From an uncultured Solirubrobacterales bacterium (GTDB lineage: Bacteria; Actinomycetota; Thermoleophilia; Solirubrobacterales; 70-9), in contig CAJAIJ010000050.1 in assembly GCA_903939845.1 (NCBI GenBank), positions 76,456 to 140,455 on the forward strand: DNA of 64,000 nucleotides. Direction: 5' to 3'. The notes beneath the pieces are model-generated. The model was not told the DNA's origin, made no database searches, and saw nothing but the letters and a program-made list of their open reading frames with translations. Positions 47,969 to 57,411 of this stretch are shown one piece after another. The position numbers and the translations under genes are program-made. The stretch's first letter is position 1. Each line of letters opens with the position of its first letter.

Positions 47969-47973
47969 TCGAA
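47896..47973 (+). repeat. direct repeat, right copy (tRNA-Val plus TCGAA)
   Basis: See the left copy. Confidence 0.85.
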
Positions 47974-48031
47974 GTCCCGGTCGAGGTTCCGGATCTTCAC
48001 ATCCAGAAACATCCCGTCCGTTGTTCGGGCG

Positions 48032-48037
48032 GATAAT
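48032..48037 (+). promoter_or_regulatory. -10-like GATAAT box 6 nt upstream of the gap GTG (leaderless candidate)
   Basis: GATAAT, 6-nt spacer, immediately downstream of tRNA-Val copy 2. Confidence 0.4.
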
Positions 48038-48043
48038 CGGCCT

Positions 48044-49057
48044 GTGACCCGGATCGGCATCAATGGCTTCGGACGCATCGGCCGTCTGGCGGCGAGGGTT
48101 ATCGCCCGTGACGACAGGTTCGACCTGGTTCAGGTCAACGATCCCAATGCCGACGCCATCACTGCGGCTCACCTCTTCGAGTTCGACTCGGTCCATGGCC
48201 GGTGGCACGGGGCGGTCGAAGCGACCTCGGGTTCGGTCTTCGAGATCGACGGTCGGGAGGTCGCCTGCTCGGCCGGGGAAGCTCCCGGCGAGGTCGACTG
48301 GTCGGCAGCCGGGGTCGAAGTCGTCCTCGAGTGCTCGGGACGATTCAGGAAGGTCGACCTGCTGGAACCCTTCTTCGAACGAGGTGTGGAGAGGGTGGTC
48401 GTCTCCGCTCCGGTCCATGACGAGTCGGCGCTCAACGTGGTGGTCGGTGTGAACGACGACCTGTTCGATCCGGAAGTCCATCGGGTGGTCACCGCGGCTT
48501 CATGCACGACCAACTGCCTCGCGCCCGTCGTCAAGGTGATCCACGAGGGCCTCGGAATCCGTCATGGCTCGATCACCACGATGCACGACCTGACCAACAC
48601 CCAGGTCATCGTCGACGCACCTCATCGGGATCTCAGGCGGGCGCGGGCGGCAGGGCTCTCCCTGATCCCAACCAGTACCGGTTCGGCCACGGCCATCGGG
48701 CTGATCTTCCCGGAGCTCGAGGGCAGGCTCGACGGTCTCGCAGTTCGAGTGCCCTTACTCAACTCGTCACTCACCGACTGCGTGTTCGAGGTCGCCCGTT
48801 CGACCGACAGGGCTGAAGTCAACGGACTCCTCGAGGAAGCTTCCAGGGGCGACCTCGAGGGAATCCTCGGCTTCGAGGCGAGGCCCTTGGTGTCGGTCGA
48901 TTTCCGCGGTGATCCCCGCTCCGGGGTCGTCGACGGCCCCTCGACCATGGTGACCGGGGAAACCCAGGTCAAGGTTCTGGCCTGGTACGACAACGAATGG
49001 GGTTACGCCAACCGAATGGTCGATCTGGTCGGGGTCGTCGCCGGCAGGTCCGCTTGA
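48044..49057 (+). CDS. gap: type I glyceraldehyde-3-phosphate dehydrogenase (ArsJ-associated)
   Basis: GTG 48044, 6 nt after [39 protein letters not shown]. The track start 47960 would overlap tRNA-Val. Confidence 0.9.
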   Translation: MTRIGINGFGRIGRLAARVIARDDRFDLVQVNDPNADAITAAHLFEFDSVHGRWHGAVEATSGSVFEIDGREVACSAGEAPGEVDWSAAGVEVVLECSGRFRKVDLLEPFFERGVERVVVSAPVHDESALNVVVGVNDDLFDPEVHRVVTAASCTTNCLAPVVKVIHEGLGIRHGSITTMHDLTNTQVIVDAPHRDLRRARAAGLSLIPTSTGSATAIGLIFPELEGRLDGLAVRVPLLNSSLTDCVFEVARSTDRAEVNGLLEEASRGDLEGILGFEARPLVSVDFRGDPRSGVVDGPSTMVTGETQVKVLAWYDNEWGYANRMVDLVGVVAGRSA

Positions 49058-50310
49058 GCGGAAGTGCCGCCGGTTCGGATCCCCGGCGAGATCTGAAGAA
49101 CTACGGGCTGGTCACGGCCGCCTACTGGGCCGACACGATCGCCGATGGTGCGATCCGGATCCTGGTTCTCTTCTATTTCTACGAGAGGGGCTACTCGCCG
49201 CTCGAGCTGGCCACGGTCTTCGCCTTCTACGAGGTCTTCGGGATCCTCACCAACCTCTTCGGCGGATACATCGCGGCCCGGTTCGGACTGCTCAGCACCC
49301 TCGGGTCGGGCCTCGCGATCCAGATCGTTGCCCTGCTAATGCTCGGATTGGCCCCTGACGGCCTGCTCGTCGTGGGATGGGTGATGGCGGCTCAGGCACT
49401 CTCGGCAATCGCCAAGGACCTGACCAAGATGAGCTCCAAGAGCGCGGTCAAACTGGTCGTGCCCGATGACTCCCAGGGGCGGCTGTACAAATGGGTAGCG
49501 ATCCTGACGGGCTCGAAGAACGCCCTGAAGGGCGTCGGTTTCTTCGTCGGCGGGGTTCTTCTCACGGTGGTCGGCTTCCAGACCGCGATGCTGATCCTCG
49601 CCGTCCTCGTGGCCACAGCCCTCTTCGGCACCGTTCCCTTCATCCACGGTGGGATCGGAGTGGCCGATGCCAAGGCGAAATTCCGCCACATGTTCTCGAA
49701 CACCCCTGCGGTCAACGTGCTGGCTGCGGCGAGGATCTTCCTCTTCGCTTCCCGTGATGTCTGGTTCGTGGTCGGCCTGCCGGTCTTCCTGAGGACGGTG
49801 TTGGGGTGGACCTTCTGGGAGGTCGGTGGCTTCATGGCGATCTGGGTGATCGGCTACGGCATAGTCCAGGCATCTGCCCCAAAGTTGATCAGCAGGAGGA
49901 CTGCCACCAGTCATGCTCCAAACGGACGGACCGCGGTCGTCCTCGCGTTCGGCCTCGCACTCTTTCCGGCGCTGATTGCAACTGCACTGATCGTGAACTT
50001 CGATCCGACCCTGGTATTGGTGACCGGTCTGATCGCCTTCGGGGTTGTGTTCGCCCTGAACTCGGCGGTCCACTCGTATCTGATCCTGGCCTACGCCGAC
50101 GGTGACAAGGTGGCGATGAACGTCGGCTTCTACTACATGGCCAATGCGGCCGGGCGTCTGGCCGGGACCCTCCTATCCGGCCTTCTCTACCAGTGGCAGG
50201 GGCTGGAAGCCTGTCTCTGGGCATCGACCGCTTTCGTTCTCGCTGCCGGCCTGCTCTCGCTGCTGTTGCCGGGCAATCCGGTCAGGCGCGTGGTAGCGAC
50301 GGCCGGCTAG
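49054..50310 (+). CDS. arsJ: MFS transporter ArsJ (1-arseno-3-phosphoglycerate efflux permease)
   Basis: TTG 49054 overlaps the gap stop (TTGA). [25 protein letters not shown]...[21 protein letters not shown] matches my memory of the ArsJ family. The GAPDH gene is fused in an operon directly upstream. Confidence 0.8.
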   Translation: MSGSAAGSDPRRDLKNYGLVTAAYWADTIADGAIRILVLFYFYERGYSPLELATVFAFYEVFGILTNLFGGYIAARFGLLSTLGSGLAIQIVALLMLGLAPDGLLVVGWVMAAQALSAIAKDLTKMSSKSAVKLVVPDDSQGRLYKWVAILTGSKNALKGVGFFVGGVLLTVVGFQTAMLILAVLVATALFGTVPFIHGGIGVADAKAKFRHMFSNTPAVNVLAAARIFLFASRDVWFVVGLPVFLRTVLGWTFWEVGGFMAIWVIGYGIVQASAPKLISRRTATSHAPNGRTAVVLAFGLALFPALIATALIVNFDPTLVLVTGLIAFGVVFALNSAVHSYLILAYADGDKVAMNVGFYYMANAAGRLAGTLLSGLLYQWQGLEACLWASTAFVLAAGLLSLLLPGNPVRRVVATAG

Positions 50311-50329
50311 GTCCGATTGGTGATCCTCC

Positions 50330-51457
50330 TCAGAGGGAGGGCCGGACGTTCAGCCTCGTCAGCCTGGCAGTCTGCTTCTTGATGCAGGAGGTCCTGGCGC
50401 GACCTTTCTTCCGCTTGCAAAGCGACCTCGCCTTGTTCCTGATCTGGGCCGGCGTGAGGCGGGGCCTATCCACGGCAAGGCCGTTCAGCTCCCTCGCCGC
50501 ACCCACGACATCGCCCGTACCGAAGAAGTCGACCGCAAGGATCGTCGGGAGCTTGCCCCGGATCTCCTCGCAGGCGCGGGCCCGATTGACCAGGGCCGAC
50601 TTCGTGTTCACGACCTCTGCGAACTCCTTGATAGGCAGGACCCCGCTGCCCAGGATCCAGTGGTTCATCAGGAACAGGCCACCGGTGTTGCCGCCCCGGT
50701 TCGGCCGGCAACTGTCTGGGAGCAGATCGGGGGACGTCAGCAGTGCGGTATCGGCCTCTCCGTAGGCATTGAAGGTGTAGGGGGTCTCCCGCATCGGTCC
50801 GTCGTAGGCGCGGTGATACCAGGGGACATCGCCAATGTCGTCCCCGGCCAGGAAGAGGACCTGATCTCTTGAGGCGATCATCTCGGCCAGGGTCGGCCAG
50901 GTGCCGTCGAGCGGCCGCTGGTATGTGTAATCGATCAGCCCCGAGGCCTCGACGACCTCGGCGAAATCATCAGCGGCGACATAGTCCTCATTGATGAAAA
51001 CGAGAACCTCGCGGGGATTCTCTTCGAGGAATTGCCGGATCTCGGTGAAGACGTCCTCGAGCAACGAGGCGCCCCCGGTGCAGTTGTAGTGGCACAGGTA
51101 GACCGGAGCGTCGGTTTCGACACCCTCACTCTTGTCGACCGTCTGGACGACGGTCGTGCCGTTCGACTGGACCGGTCGGCCGTAGTAGGTATCGATCAGG
51201 AAAGCTCTGGCACCCCTTTCGAGCTGTCCCGGTATCGAGAAGGTCTGATTCGGGGCGCTCCAGCCCAGCTCCTCTGCACCCATCGAGTTATGGGTGCCCG
51301 GCAGGACGACCCGGTCCAGCGTCCTGGAGCAGAGTCCGGGATGGCCGTTGCAGGGCGCTACGGCAGCTCCCGAGGGCGCAGCAAGGATCAGCCCCGCGAT
51401 CACCGCGACGCCGAGGCCGAGAAGGTGCCTGCTCACCTTTCCTCCCATTCCTGCCAT
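50330..51457 (-). CDS. secreted PI-PLC X-domain-like (PLC-like phosphodiesterase) protein with basic C-terminal tail
   Basis: Signal peptide (LLGLGVAVIAGLILAAPSGAA). LPGTHNSM motif typical of PLC-like X domains, FLIDTYY. Tail ...KARSLCKRKKGRARTSCIKKQTARLTRL. Confidence 0.6.
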   Translation of the reverse strand: MAGMGGKVSRHLLGLGVAVIAGLILAAPSGAAVAPCNGHPGLCSRTLDRVVLPGTHNSMGAEELGWSAPNQTFSIPGQLERGARAFLIDTYYGRPVQSNGTTVVQTVDKSEGVETDAPVYLCHYNCTGGASLLEDVFTEIRQFLEENPREVLVFINEDYVAADDFAEVVEASGLIDYTYQRPLDGTWPTLAEMIASRDQVLFLAGDDIGDVPWYHRAYDGPMRETPYTFNAYGEADTALLTSPDLLPDSCRPNRGGNTGGLFLMNHWILGSGVLPIKEFAEVVNTKSALVNRARACEEIRGKLPTILAVDFFGTGDVVGAARELNGLAVDRPRLTPAQIRNKARSLCKRKKGRARTSCIKKQTARLTRLNVRPSL

Positions 51458-51510
51458 GTCAAGAGGTTAATGGACACCGACCCCGGTCACCGGGATTCGG
51501 GGGAGATGGC

Positions 51511-52350
51511 TCAGCCGCGGTCCAGAAGGGCTACGACCCGGGCCGGAGCGGCGCTTCCACCGACGAGCGGTAGGGGCAGGCAGGAGACGGTAAAGCCCGT
51601 CGAGGGCAGCGAATCGAGATTGACCATCCTCTCGATCTGACAGTAGTCGAGGCCGATCTGGTGCGCCTCCCAGAAGACCCCTTCCCGGCCTTCGGCCTTT
51701 GCATCTTCGGCCTGCATCCAGAGAGGTCGGTCCCAGCCCCACGCATCGATCCCCATCACCCGGACGCCCCTCTCGTGGAGCCATCTGGTCGCCTCTCCTG
51801 AGACTCCCGGTCCGTGGGCCATGTAGGAGGGGTCGTCTATCCAGCGATCACACCCGGTTTGGATCAGCACTATGTCGAGCGGTGCCAGATCCCTGCCGGT
51901 CGAAGCGATGGCATCCTCCACCTCTGCCGCCGTGATCACCTGTCCGTCTTCTCGCCCTGTGAAGTCGAGCTTGACCCCGGGCCGCACGAACCAGTCGAGC
52001 GGGAGCTTTTCGATCGTGTCTGCCGGCTCGCCCCCGATCGTCGAGTTGTAGTGCCAGGGGGCGTCCACATGGGTCGAGTTGTGCGTTCCGAAACGGGTGA
52101 AGAACTCGTTCGCCCATCCCTCTCCGTCGCGAAGCAGCTCCGGCCCCACCCCGAAAAGCTCCCGGATTACCGTGGCGCCCTGCTCGTGGTCCTGGAAGTC
52201 GATCTCGGTCCTGAGGACGTCGGGAGTTCCTTCGGGCGAGGCCTTGATCGGTGCCGAGAGGTCGATGATCTCCACTCGGCCACTATACGGTCGAACCATG
52301 AGGCCGATCGGGTCCCTTTTGTCGGCGTTAGGATCTCGCGATGCCCCCAA
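51511..52350 (-). CDS. cyclase family protein (kynurenine formamidase-like fold)
   Basis: GTHNSTHVDAPWHY. 279 aa. TTG 52350 is preceded by GGAAGGTGAGGA; the alternative is ATG 52299. Confidence 0.75.
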   Translation of the reverse strand: MGASRDPNADKRDPIGLMVRPYSGRVEIIDLSAPIKASPEGTPDVLRTEIDFQDHEQGATVIRELFGVGPELLRDGEGWANEFFTRFGTHNSTHVDAPWHYNSTIGGEPADTIEKLPLDWFVRPGVKLDFTGREDGQVITAAEVEDAIASTGRDLAPLDIVLIQTGCDRWIDDPSYMAHGPGVSGEATRWLHERGVRVMGIDAWGWDRPLWMQAEDAKAEGREGVFWEAHQIGLDYCQIERMVNLDSLPSTGFTVSCLPLPLVGGSAAPARVVALLDRG

Positions 52351-53384
52351 AGGTCCTCACCTTCCTCGCACCGGTGATCCGGCCCCTTCTTCAGGGCTTC
52401 CTCCGCCTTCCGGGTGCGCTCCTCGACACGATCACCCGAGGCCTTCCTGCCGTCGGTCGTGAACTGATTACGCCTGACCAGAGGGTGATCGCGACCGCGA
52501 CCAGTCTTCCCGGAGCCGGAAGGTCGATCGAGACGGCGAGGCGAGAGATGGACGCACGGGCTTCGGTCGCAGCGGTCAGGCCTCCAGAGGGGTCCCTGTC
52601 CATCTCCGAACACTCGGTAGAAGGCGGAGCGGGCCAGCTGAGGGCGAGGCTCTACTCGCCTTTTGCAGGGGGGAGCGGGCTGCTCGTCTGGTTTCACGGC
52701 GGAGGTTGGGTGACGGGTTCGATCGAGTCCCATGATCTTTCGCTTCGCCTTCTCACAGTCGAGTCCGGGGTCTCGGTGCTTTCGGTCGATTACAGGCTGG
52801 CGCCAGAGAACCCCTGGCCAGCGGCACCCGACGATGCCCTTGCGGCGTGGAGACACATCAGGGGAGAGCGCGATCTGTTTGGAGCGTCGCATGGCCCGTT
52901 GCTCGTAGGTGGTGACAGTGCCGGAGCCAACCTCGCGACCGTGCTCTGTCTCGATCTGAAGGAGGCGGGGGAGACCCAGCCCGACGGCCAGGTCCTGGTC
53001 TATCCGGCGGTCGACCTCGACGGCGAGAGCAGCTCCTACCGCAGTTTCGCTAGCGGGTTCTTCCTGACCGAGGAGAAGATGGAGTTCTTCAAGGATGCGT
53101 ATGTCCCCGATTTCGGCAAGCGATCGCTCCCGAGGGTCTCCCCGGTCTTCGCCGAGTCTCTGGAGGGTCTCGCACCCGCCTACATCTGCACGGCGGCCGC
53201 CGATCCCCTGCGAGATGAGGGCGAGGCCTATGGCGAGCTGCTGACCCGTGCCGGAGTCCCGGTCGAGGCTGAACGTTTCCCCCTGATCCACGGCTGGATG
53301 AACATGACGGTCTCGCCCTCTGCCAGATCGGCATTCGAACGGCTCGCCGGAGCGGTGTCCGCCCTGGCGGCGAGCAGGTCCTGA
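52341..53384 (+). CDS. alpha/beta hydrolase, HSL-type esterase/lipase
   Basis: VWFHGGGW oxyanion motif, VDYRLAPE, GDSAGANL nucleophile elbow. Confidence 0.8.
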   Translation: MPPKVLTFLAPVIRPLLQGFLRLPGALLDTITRGLPAVGRELITPDQRVIATATSLPGAGRSIETARREMDARASVAAVRPPEGSLSISEHSVEGGAGQLRARLYSPFAGGSGLLVWFHGGGWVTGSIESHDLSLRLLTVESGVSVLSVDYRLAPENPWPAAPDDALAAWRHIRGERDLFGASHGPLLVGGDSAGANLATVLCLDLKEAGETQPDGQVLVYPAVDLDGESSSYRSFASGFFLTEEKMEFFKDAYVPDFGKRSLPRVSPVFAESLEGLAPAYICTAAADPLRDEGEAYGELLTRAGVPVEAERFPLIHGWMNMTVSPSARSAFERLAGAVSALAASRS

Positions 53385-53442
53385 GGGGCCGCGCCCGACC
53401 GGATCACGTCGAGGTCGTTCCGTTCGTGGGCCACCCAATACG

Positions 53443-55386
53443 ATGGGTTGGATGTCCGGCGATGACAACGATGAACGAGGGGCAGTACGGGTCGAGCTCC
53501 CGGATGGGACCGAACTCGAACTATCCGGCGATGCGAACGGAGCAGAAGCTGCCGCAGCGATAGGTCCCGGCCTGGCCCGGGCCGCCCTCGCGGTCAAGGT
53601 AGGCGACGAGATCCGGGACCTCTCGGCCGGTCTGACCGACGGAGAAAGCATCTCGCTGATCACCGATCGAGACCCGGAGGCCCTTGACCTGATTCGCCAC
53701 GATGCCGCTCATGTGATGGCGACCGCAGTCCAGGAGATCTATCCAGGGACCAAGGTCACGATAGGACCGGCAATCGAGAACGGCTTCTATTACGACTTCG
53801 AGTTCCCGGAGGGCGTCACCGTCACCGAGGCCGACCTGCCGGCGATCGAAGATGCGATGCGACGTCACATCAAGGCCGACGAGCAGTTCGTCCGGAGGGA
53901 TCTCCCCGTCGCCGAGGCGATCGAGATTTTCCGCAAACAGGGAGAGGACTACAAGGTCGAGTTGATCGAGGACCTGATCGCCGACGAGGGTGTCGAGACC
54001 GTCTCGCTCTACCGGAACGGGGAGTTCGAAGACCTCTGTCGAGGACCCCACGGACCCGGGACCTCCCGAATCAAGGCGATCAAGCTGAACTCGGTGGCCG
54101 GGGCCTACTGGCGCGGCGACGAGAACCGTCAGATGTTGACCCGGATCTACGGCACCGCCTTCTTCTCCAAGGGCGATCTCGAAGCTCATCTAGAGGCCCT
54201 CGAGGAGGCCCGGGCGCGCGACCATCGAAGGCTCGGGCCCCAGCTCGGACTGTTCATGCTGCGGGAAGAGGCCCCGGGGATGCCCTTCTGGCTCCCTAAT
54301 GGAACGGTGTTGCTGAGACTGATCGAGGAGCAGGTCAAGGAGCAGCTCGATCGACGAGGCTACGAGGAGATCGCGACGCCCCAGGTCATGGACGAGTCGC
54401 TCTGGCACCGGTCCGGCCACTGGGACAACTACGTCGACGACATGTATTTCATGGACGTTGACGATCGGCGCTTCGCCCTGAGGCCGATGAACTGCCCCGG
54501 CGCATGTCTCGTCTTCGGTTCCGACCGCCACTCCTACCGGGACCTTCCCCTGAGGCTGGCGGAATTCGGGAAAGTCACCCGTAACGAGCGGGAAGGCGTC
54601 CTGCATGGCCTGCTCAGGGTCAGGGCCTTCACCCAGGACGATGCTCATGTCTACTGCACCGAAGAGCAGATCGAGGACGAGGTCCGTGACATCTGTGAAG
54701 CGATCGACGAGCTCTATTCACGCTTCGGGTTCGAGGATGTGGAGGTCGAGCTCTCGACTCGTCCCGAGAAGTCGATGGGCTCCGATGAGCAGTGGGACAA
54801 GGCCGAAGCGATGCTGGCCCGGGCCCTCGAGAGCCAGGGGAGGGAGTTTCGGGTGAATCCCGGCGACGGTGCCTTCTACGGCCCGAAGATCGATTTCCAC
54901 GTCACCGATGCCCTCGGGCGTTCGTGGCAGCTGGGCACCTGTCAGCTCGATTTCCAGATGCCCGAGCGATTCGACCTCTACTACACCGATGCCGACGACA
55001 CCCGCCGCCGGCCGGTCATGATCCACCGGGCCCTGCTCGGGTCCATGGAGCGATTCGCCGGCATCCTGATCGAGCACTACGCAGGTCGTTTCCCGGTCTG
55101 GCTGGCCCCGGTCCAGGCCAAGATCCTCCCGGTGGCGGATCGGAACATCGAGTTCGCTGAAGGGATCGCGGCCGACCTCGCCGAGCGGGGGGTCAGGGTC
55201 GAGGTCGACGATCGCTCGGAGTCGGTAGGAAAGAAGATCCGGGACGCCGAGCTCGGCCGCTACCCCTTCATGCTGGTGGTCGGCGATCGCGAGCAGGAGG
55301 AGGGGAAGGTCGCGGTCCGGTCCCATGAGGAGGGCGAGCTGGGCGCTATGGACGTCCAGGAGTTCTGTATGCTCGTCGGCACTTGA
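53443..55386 (+). CDS. thrS: threonine--tRNA ligase
   Basis: 647 aa. TGS, editing (HDAAHVMA) and class II core (RVRAFTQDDAHVY, FYGPKIDF) domains. In-frame ATG 53452 is an alternative leaderless start, 7 nt after TACGAT. Confidence 0.95.
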   Translation: MGWMSGDDNDERGAVRVELPDGTELELSGDANGAEAAAAIGPGLARAALAVKVGDEIRDLSAGLTDGESISLITDRDPEALDLIRHDAAHVMATAVQEIYPGTKVTIGPAIENGFYYDFEFPEGVTVTEADLPAIEDAMRRHIKADEQFVRRDLPVAEAIEIFRKQGEDYKVELIEDLIADEGVETVSLYRNGEFEDLCRGPHGPGTSRIKAIKLNSVAGAYWRGDENRQMLTRIYGTAFFSKGDLEAHLEALEEARARDHRRLGPQLGLFMLREEAPGMPFWLPNGTVLLRLIEEQVKEQLDRRGYEEIATPQVMDESLWHRSGHWDNYVDDMYFMDVDDRRFALRPMNCPGACLVFGSDRHSYRDLPLRLAEFGKVTRNEREGVLHGLLRVRAFTQDDAHVYCTEEQIEDEVRDICEAIDELYSRFGFEDVEVELSTRPEKSMGSDEQWDKAEAMLARALESQGREFRVNPGDGAFYGPKIDFHVTDALGRSWQLGTCQLDFQMPERFDLYYTDADDTRRRPVMIHRALLGSMERFAGILIEHYAGRFPVWLAPVQAKILPVADRNIEFAEGIAADLAERGVRVEVDDRSESVGKKIRDAELGRYPFMLVVGDREQEEGKVAVRSHEEGELGAMDVQEFCMLVGT

Positions 55387-55491
55387 CCTGCGTCAGCCAT
55401 CAAACTCAACGAGATCCGGTCGCCCTGCGGCGCCCGGAGCCGACGGATCGCCGAAGTACACCGATTTGATCTCCCGGCAGGCTTCCTGACA

Positions 55492-56214
55492 GTGGCAGTT
55501 CCTCGCAGGTTCGACCGGCGTCCCCCGGAGCGGGACACGACCCGGATAAATGAACGAATACGGGTGTCTGAGGTCCGTCTCATCGGTGCCGACGGTGAGC
55601 AGGTCGGGATCGTGGCGACCGACAAGGCCATGGAGATGGCACGGGATGCCGACCTAGACTTGGTCGAAGTAGCTGCAGGCGCCAAGCCTCCCGTCGCCAG
55701 GCTCCTGGACTACTCGAAGTACAAGTACGAGCAGGAGCAGAAGCTGAAGGCCGCTCGCAAGCACCAGACCCAGGTGAACGTGCGGGAGATAAAGCTCCGG
55801 CCGAAGATCGCCGAGAACGACTACAACACCAAGAAGGGCCACGTAGCCCGTTTTCTCAGGCAGGGCAACAAGGTCAAGGTCACGATCATGTTCCGGGGCC
55901 GGGAGCAGGCGCATCCCGAGCGGGGACGGGATCTGCTGGAGAAGTTGGTCGAGGATCTGGGCGACCTGGCAGAGGTCGAGTCCCGTCCGCTGCAGGAGGG
56001 AAGGAACATGAGCATGCTCCTCGGTCCCTCCAAGGAAGCGCTTCGTCAGGCTCGGGAGGCAAAGTCCGACCGCGAGGTGACGGACGAGCAGGCCGAACCG
56101 GAAGCACCCGAGGCCGAACCGGACGCACCCGAGGCTGAACCGGAAGTACCCGAGGCCGAACCGGAAGCATCCGAGGCCGGGGAAACGCCTCCCGAAAACG
56201 ACGCCGCAGCCTGA
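55492..56214 (+). CDS. infC: translation initiation factor IF-3 with a repetitive acidic C-terminal extension
   Basis: INERIRVSEVRLIGADGEQ...VARLLDYSKYKYEQ...IKLRPKIAENDY. The extra tail is EQAEPEAPEAEPDAPEAEPEVPEAEPEASEAGE. The start codon (GTG 55492) is uncertain because infC often uses unusual starts. Confidence 0.88.
   Translation: MAVPRRFDRRPPERDTTRINERIRVSEVRLIGADGEQVGIVATDKAMEMARDADLDLVEVAAGAKPPVARLLDYSKYKYEQEQKLKAARKHQTQVNVREIKLRPKIAENDYNTKKGHVARFLRQGNKVKVTIMFRGREQAHPERGRDLLEKLVEDLGDLAEVESRPLQEGRNMSMLLGPSKEALRQAREAKSDREVTDEQAEPEAPEAEPDAPEAEPEVPEAEPEASEAGETPPENDAAA
56092..56175 (+). repeat. 4 x 21-nt in-frame tandem repeat (heptapeptide AEPE[AV/D]PE) inside the infC 3' end
   Basis: Units are 56092-56112 GCCGAACCGGAAGCACCCGAG, 56113-56133 (GAC variant), 56134-56154 (GCT/GTA variants) and 56155-56175 (TCC variant). 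Confidence 0.9.
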
Positions 56215-56221
56215 CTCGATC

Positions 56222-57310
56222 TCAGCGGCTTGCCAGAAGCTCGGCAATCCGCCGGGAGGCATTGCCATCCCAGAGCGGAGGAATCCCGGGCCTGTGATCC
56301 GGGCCCGCTTCGATCAGTTGCGGGATCTCGGCGATCCTCGCCGGATCGAGCCCCAAAAGTGTGTTGGTGCCGACCTCGACGGTGACCGGACGTTCGGTGT
56401 TGTCCCTGAGCGTGAAGCAGGGCGTACCGAGGTAGGTCGTCTCTTCCTGAATTCCGCCTGAGTCGGTCAGGACCGCGGCGGCATCGTTCTCGAGAGAGAG
56501 GAAATCCAGATAACCGACCGGATCGACGAGTCGCAGGTCGCCACCCTCCCCGGAAAGCTTGCTGGCGGCCTTCTCCATGTTTGCCCTGGTTCGGGGGTGC
56601 ACCGGGAACAGGACCGGAATCTGCTTGGAAACCTCGACCAGCGCCTCGATCGTCTGCGGCAGGAGTGGCCCGTCGACCAGGGCGGGACGGTGCAGGGTGA
56701 CCAGCAGGTAGCCCTTCCGGTCGAGTCCCATCCGGTTGGCCGCATCGAGCCCCTTGAAGCGGCCCTCGAGGGCGACCAGGGTGTCGATCATCGTGTTGCC
56801 GACGAACTCGATCCGGGTCGGGTCGATCCCCTCCCTGACCAGGTTGTCGAGTGCCTCCGGGCTGTGGGTGAAGAGAGTTGTCGAGATCGCGTCGGTCAGG
56901 ATCCGGTTGACCTCTTCGGGCATCGTTCGATCCCAGCTCCTCAGACCTGCCTCTACATGGGCAACGTCTACTCCGAGCTTGACCGAGGTCAGGGCCGCCG
57001 CGAGAGTCGAGTTGACGTCGCCGGGGACCATCACCAGATCCGGACGCTCCTCTTCGAGCACCGGCTCCAAACGTTCCATTACCCGGGCCGTCTGGATGGC
57101 ATGGCTCCCGGATCCGACCTCGAGCGAGTGATCGGGCCGGGGTACTCCGAGTTCCTCGAAGAAGATCTCGGACATCATCCGGTCGTAGTGCTGGCCGGTG
57201 TGGACGATGACCTGTCCGGTGTCGGGCATGGCCTCGGCCAGGGCCGAGATCACCGGCGCCATCTTCACGAAGTTCGGCCTGGTCCCAAGCACGTGGAGGA
57301 TCTTCTTCAT
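56222..57310 (-). CDS. wecB: UDP-N-acetylglucosamine 2-epimerase (non-hydrolysing)
   Basis: ATG 57310: MKKILHVLGTRPNFVKMAPV...HTGQHYD...HVEAGLRS. The track ORF extends to 57430. Confidence 0.9.
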   Translation of the reverse strand: MKKILHVLGTRPNFVKMAPVISALAEAMPDTGQVIVHTGQHYDRMMSEIFFEELGVPRPDHSLEVGSGSHAIQTARVMERLEPVLEEERPDLVMVPGDVNSTLAAALTSVKLGVDVAHVEAGLRSWDRTMPEEVNRILTDAISTTLFTHSPEALDNLVREGIDPTRIEFVGNTMIDTLVALEGRFKGLDAANRMGLDRKGYLLVTLHRPALVDGPLLPQTIEALVEVSKQIPVLFPVHPRTRANMEKAASKLSGEGGDLRLVDPVGYLDFLSLENDAAAVLTDSGGIQEETTYLGTPCFTLRDNTERPVTVEVGTNTLLGLDPARIAEIPQLIEAGPDHRPGIPPLWDGNASRRIAELLASR

Positions 57311-57411
57311 AGCGACATCGCCGCAGAGGGTATCCCGACCACTCGTCGTCTCCGTTGCCACGGCACCGGCTCGGCGCAGCCCGGGCCTCGATTCTGGTTG
57401 AATGGACGGCC

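Noticed and set aside
47960-48043. Longer N-terminus for GAPDH (track start 47960), and similarly 48997 for arsJ
   Set aside because: The 47960 start would overlap the 3' end of tRNA-Val, and the added residues are not GAPDH-like. GTG 48044 gives the canonical (M)[16 protein letters not shown] 49054 gives an ArsJ N-terminus with the standard 4-nt overlap.
55387-55491. Possible L20-leader or other regulatory RNA upstream of infC, and SRP RNA, RNase P, tmRNA or 6S in the larger intergenic gaps (19373-19492, 19970-20107, 37029-37162, 45795-45994, 46175-46374)
   Set aside because: I could not find the diagnostic conserved strings, such as GGAAGCAGCC for 4.5S or GAGGAAAGTCCGG for RNase P. Only a covariance-model search (Rfam cmscan) could settle this.
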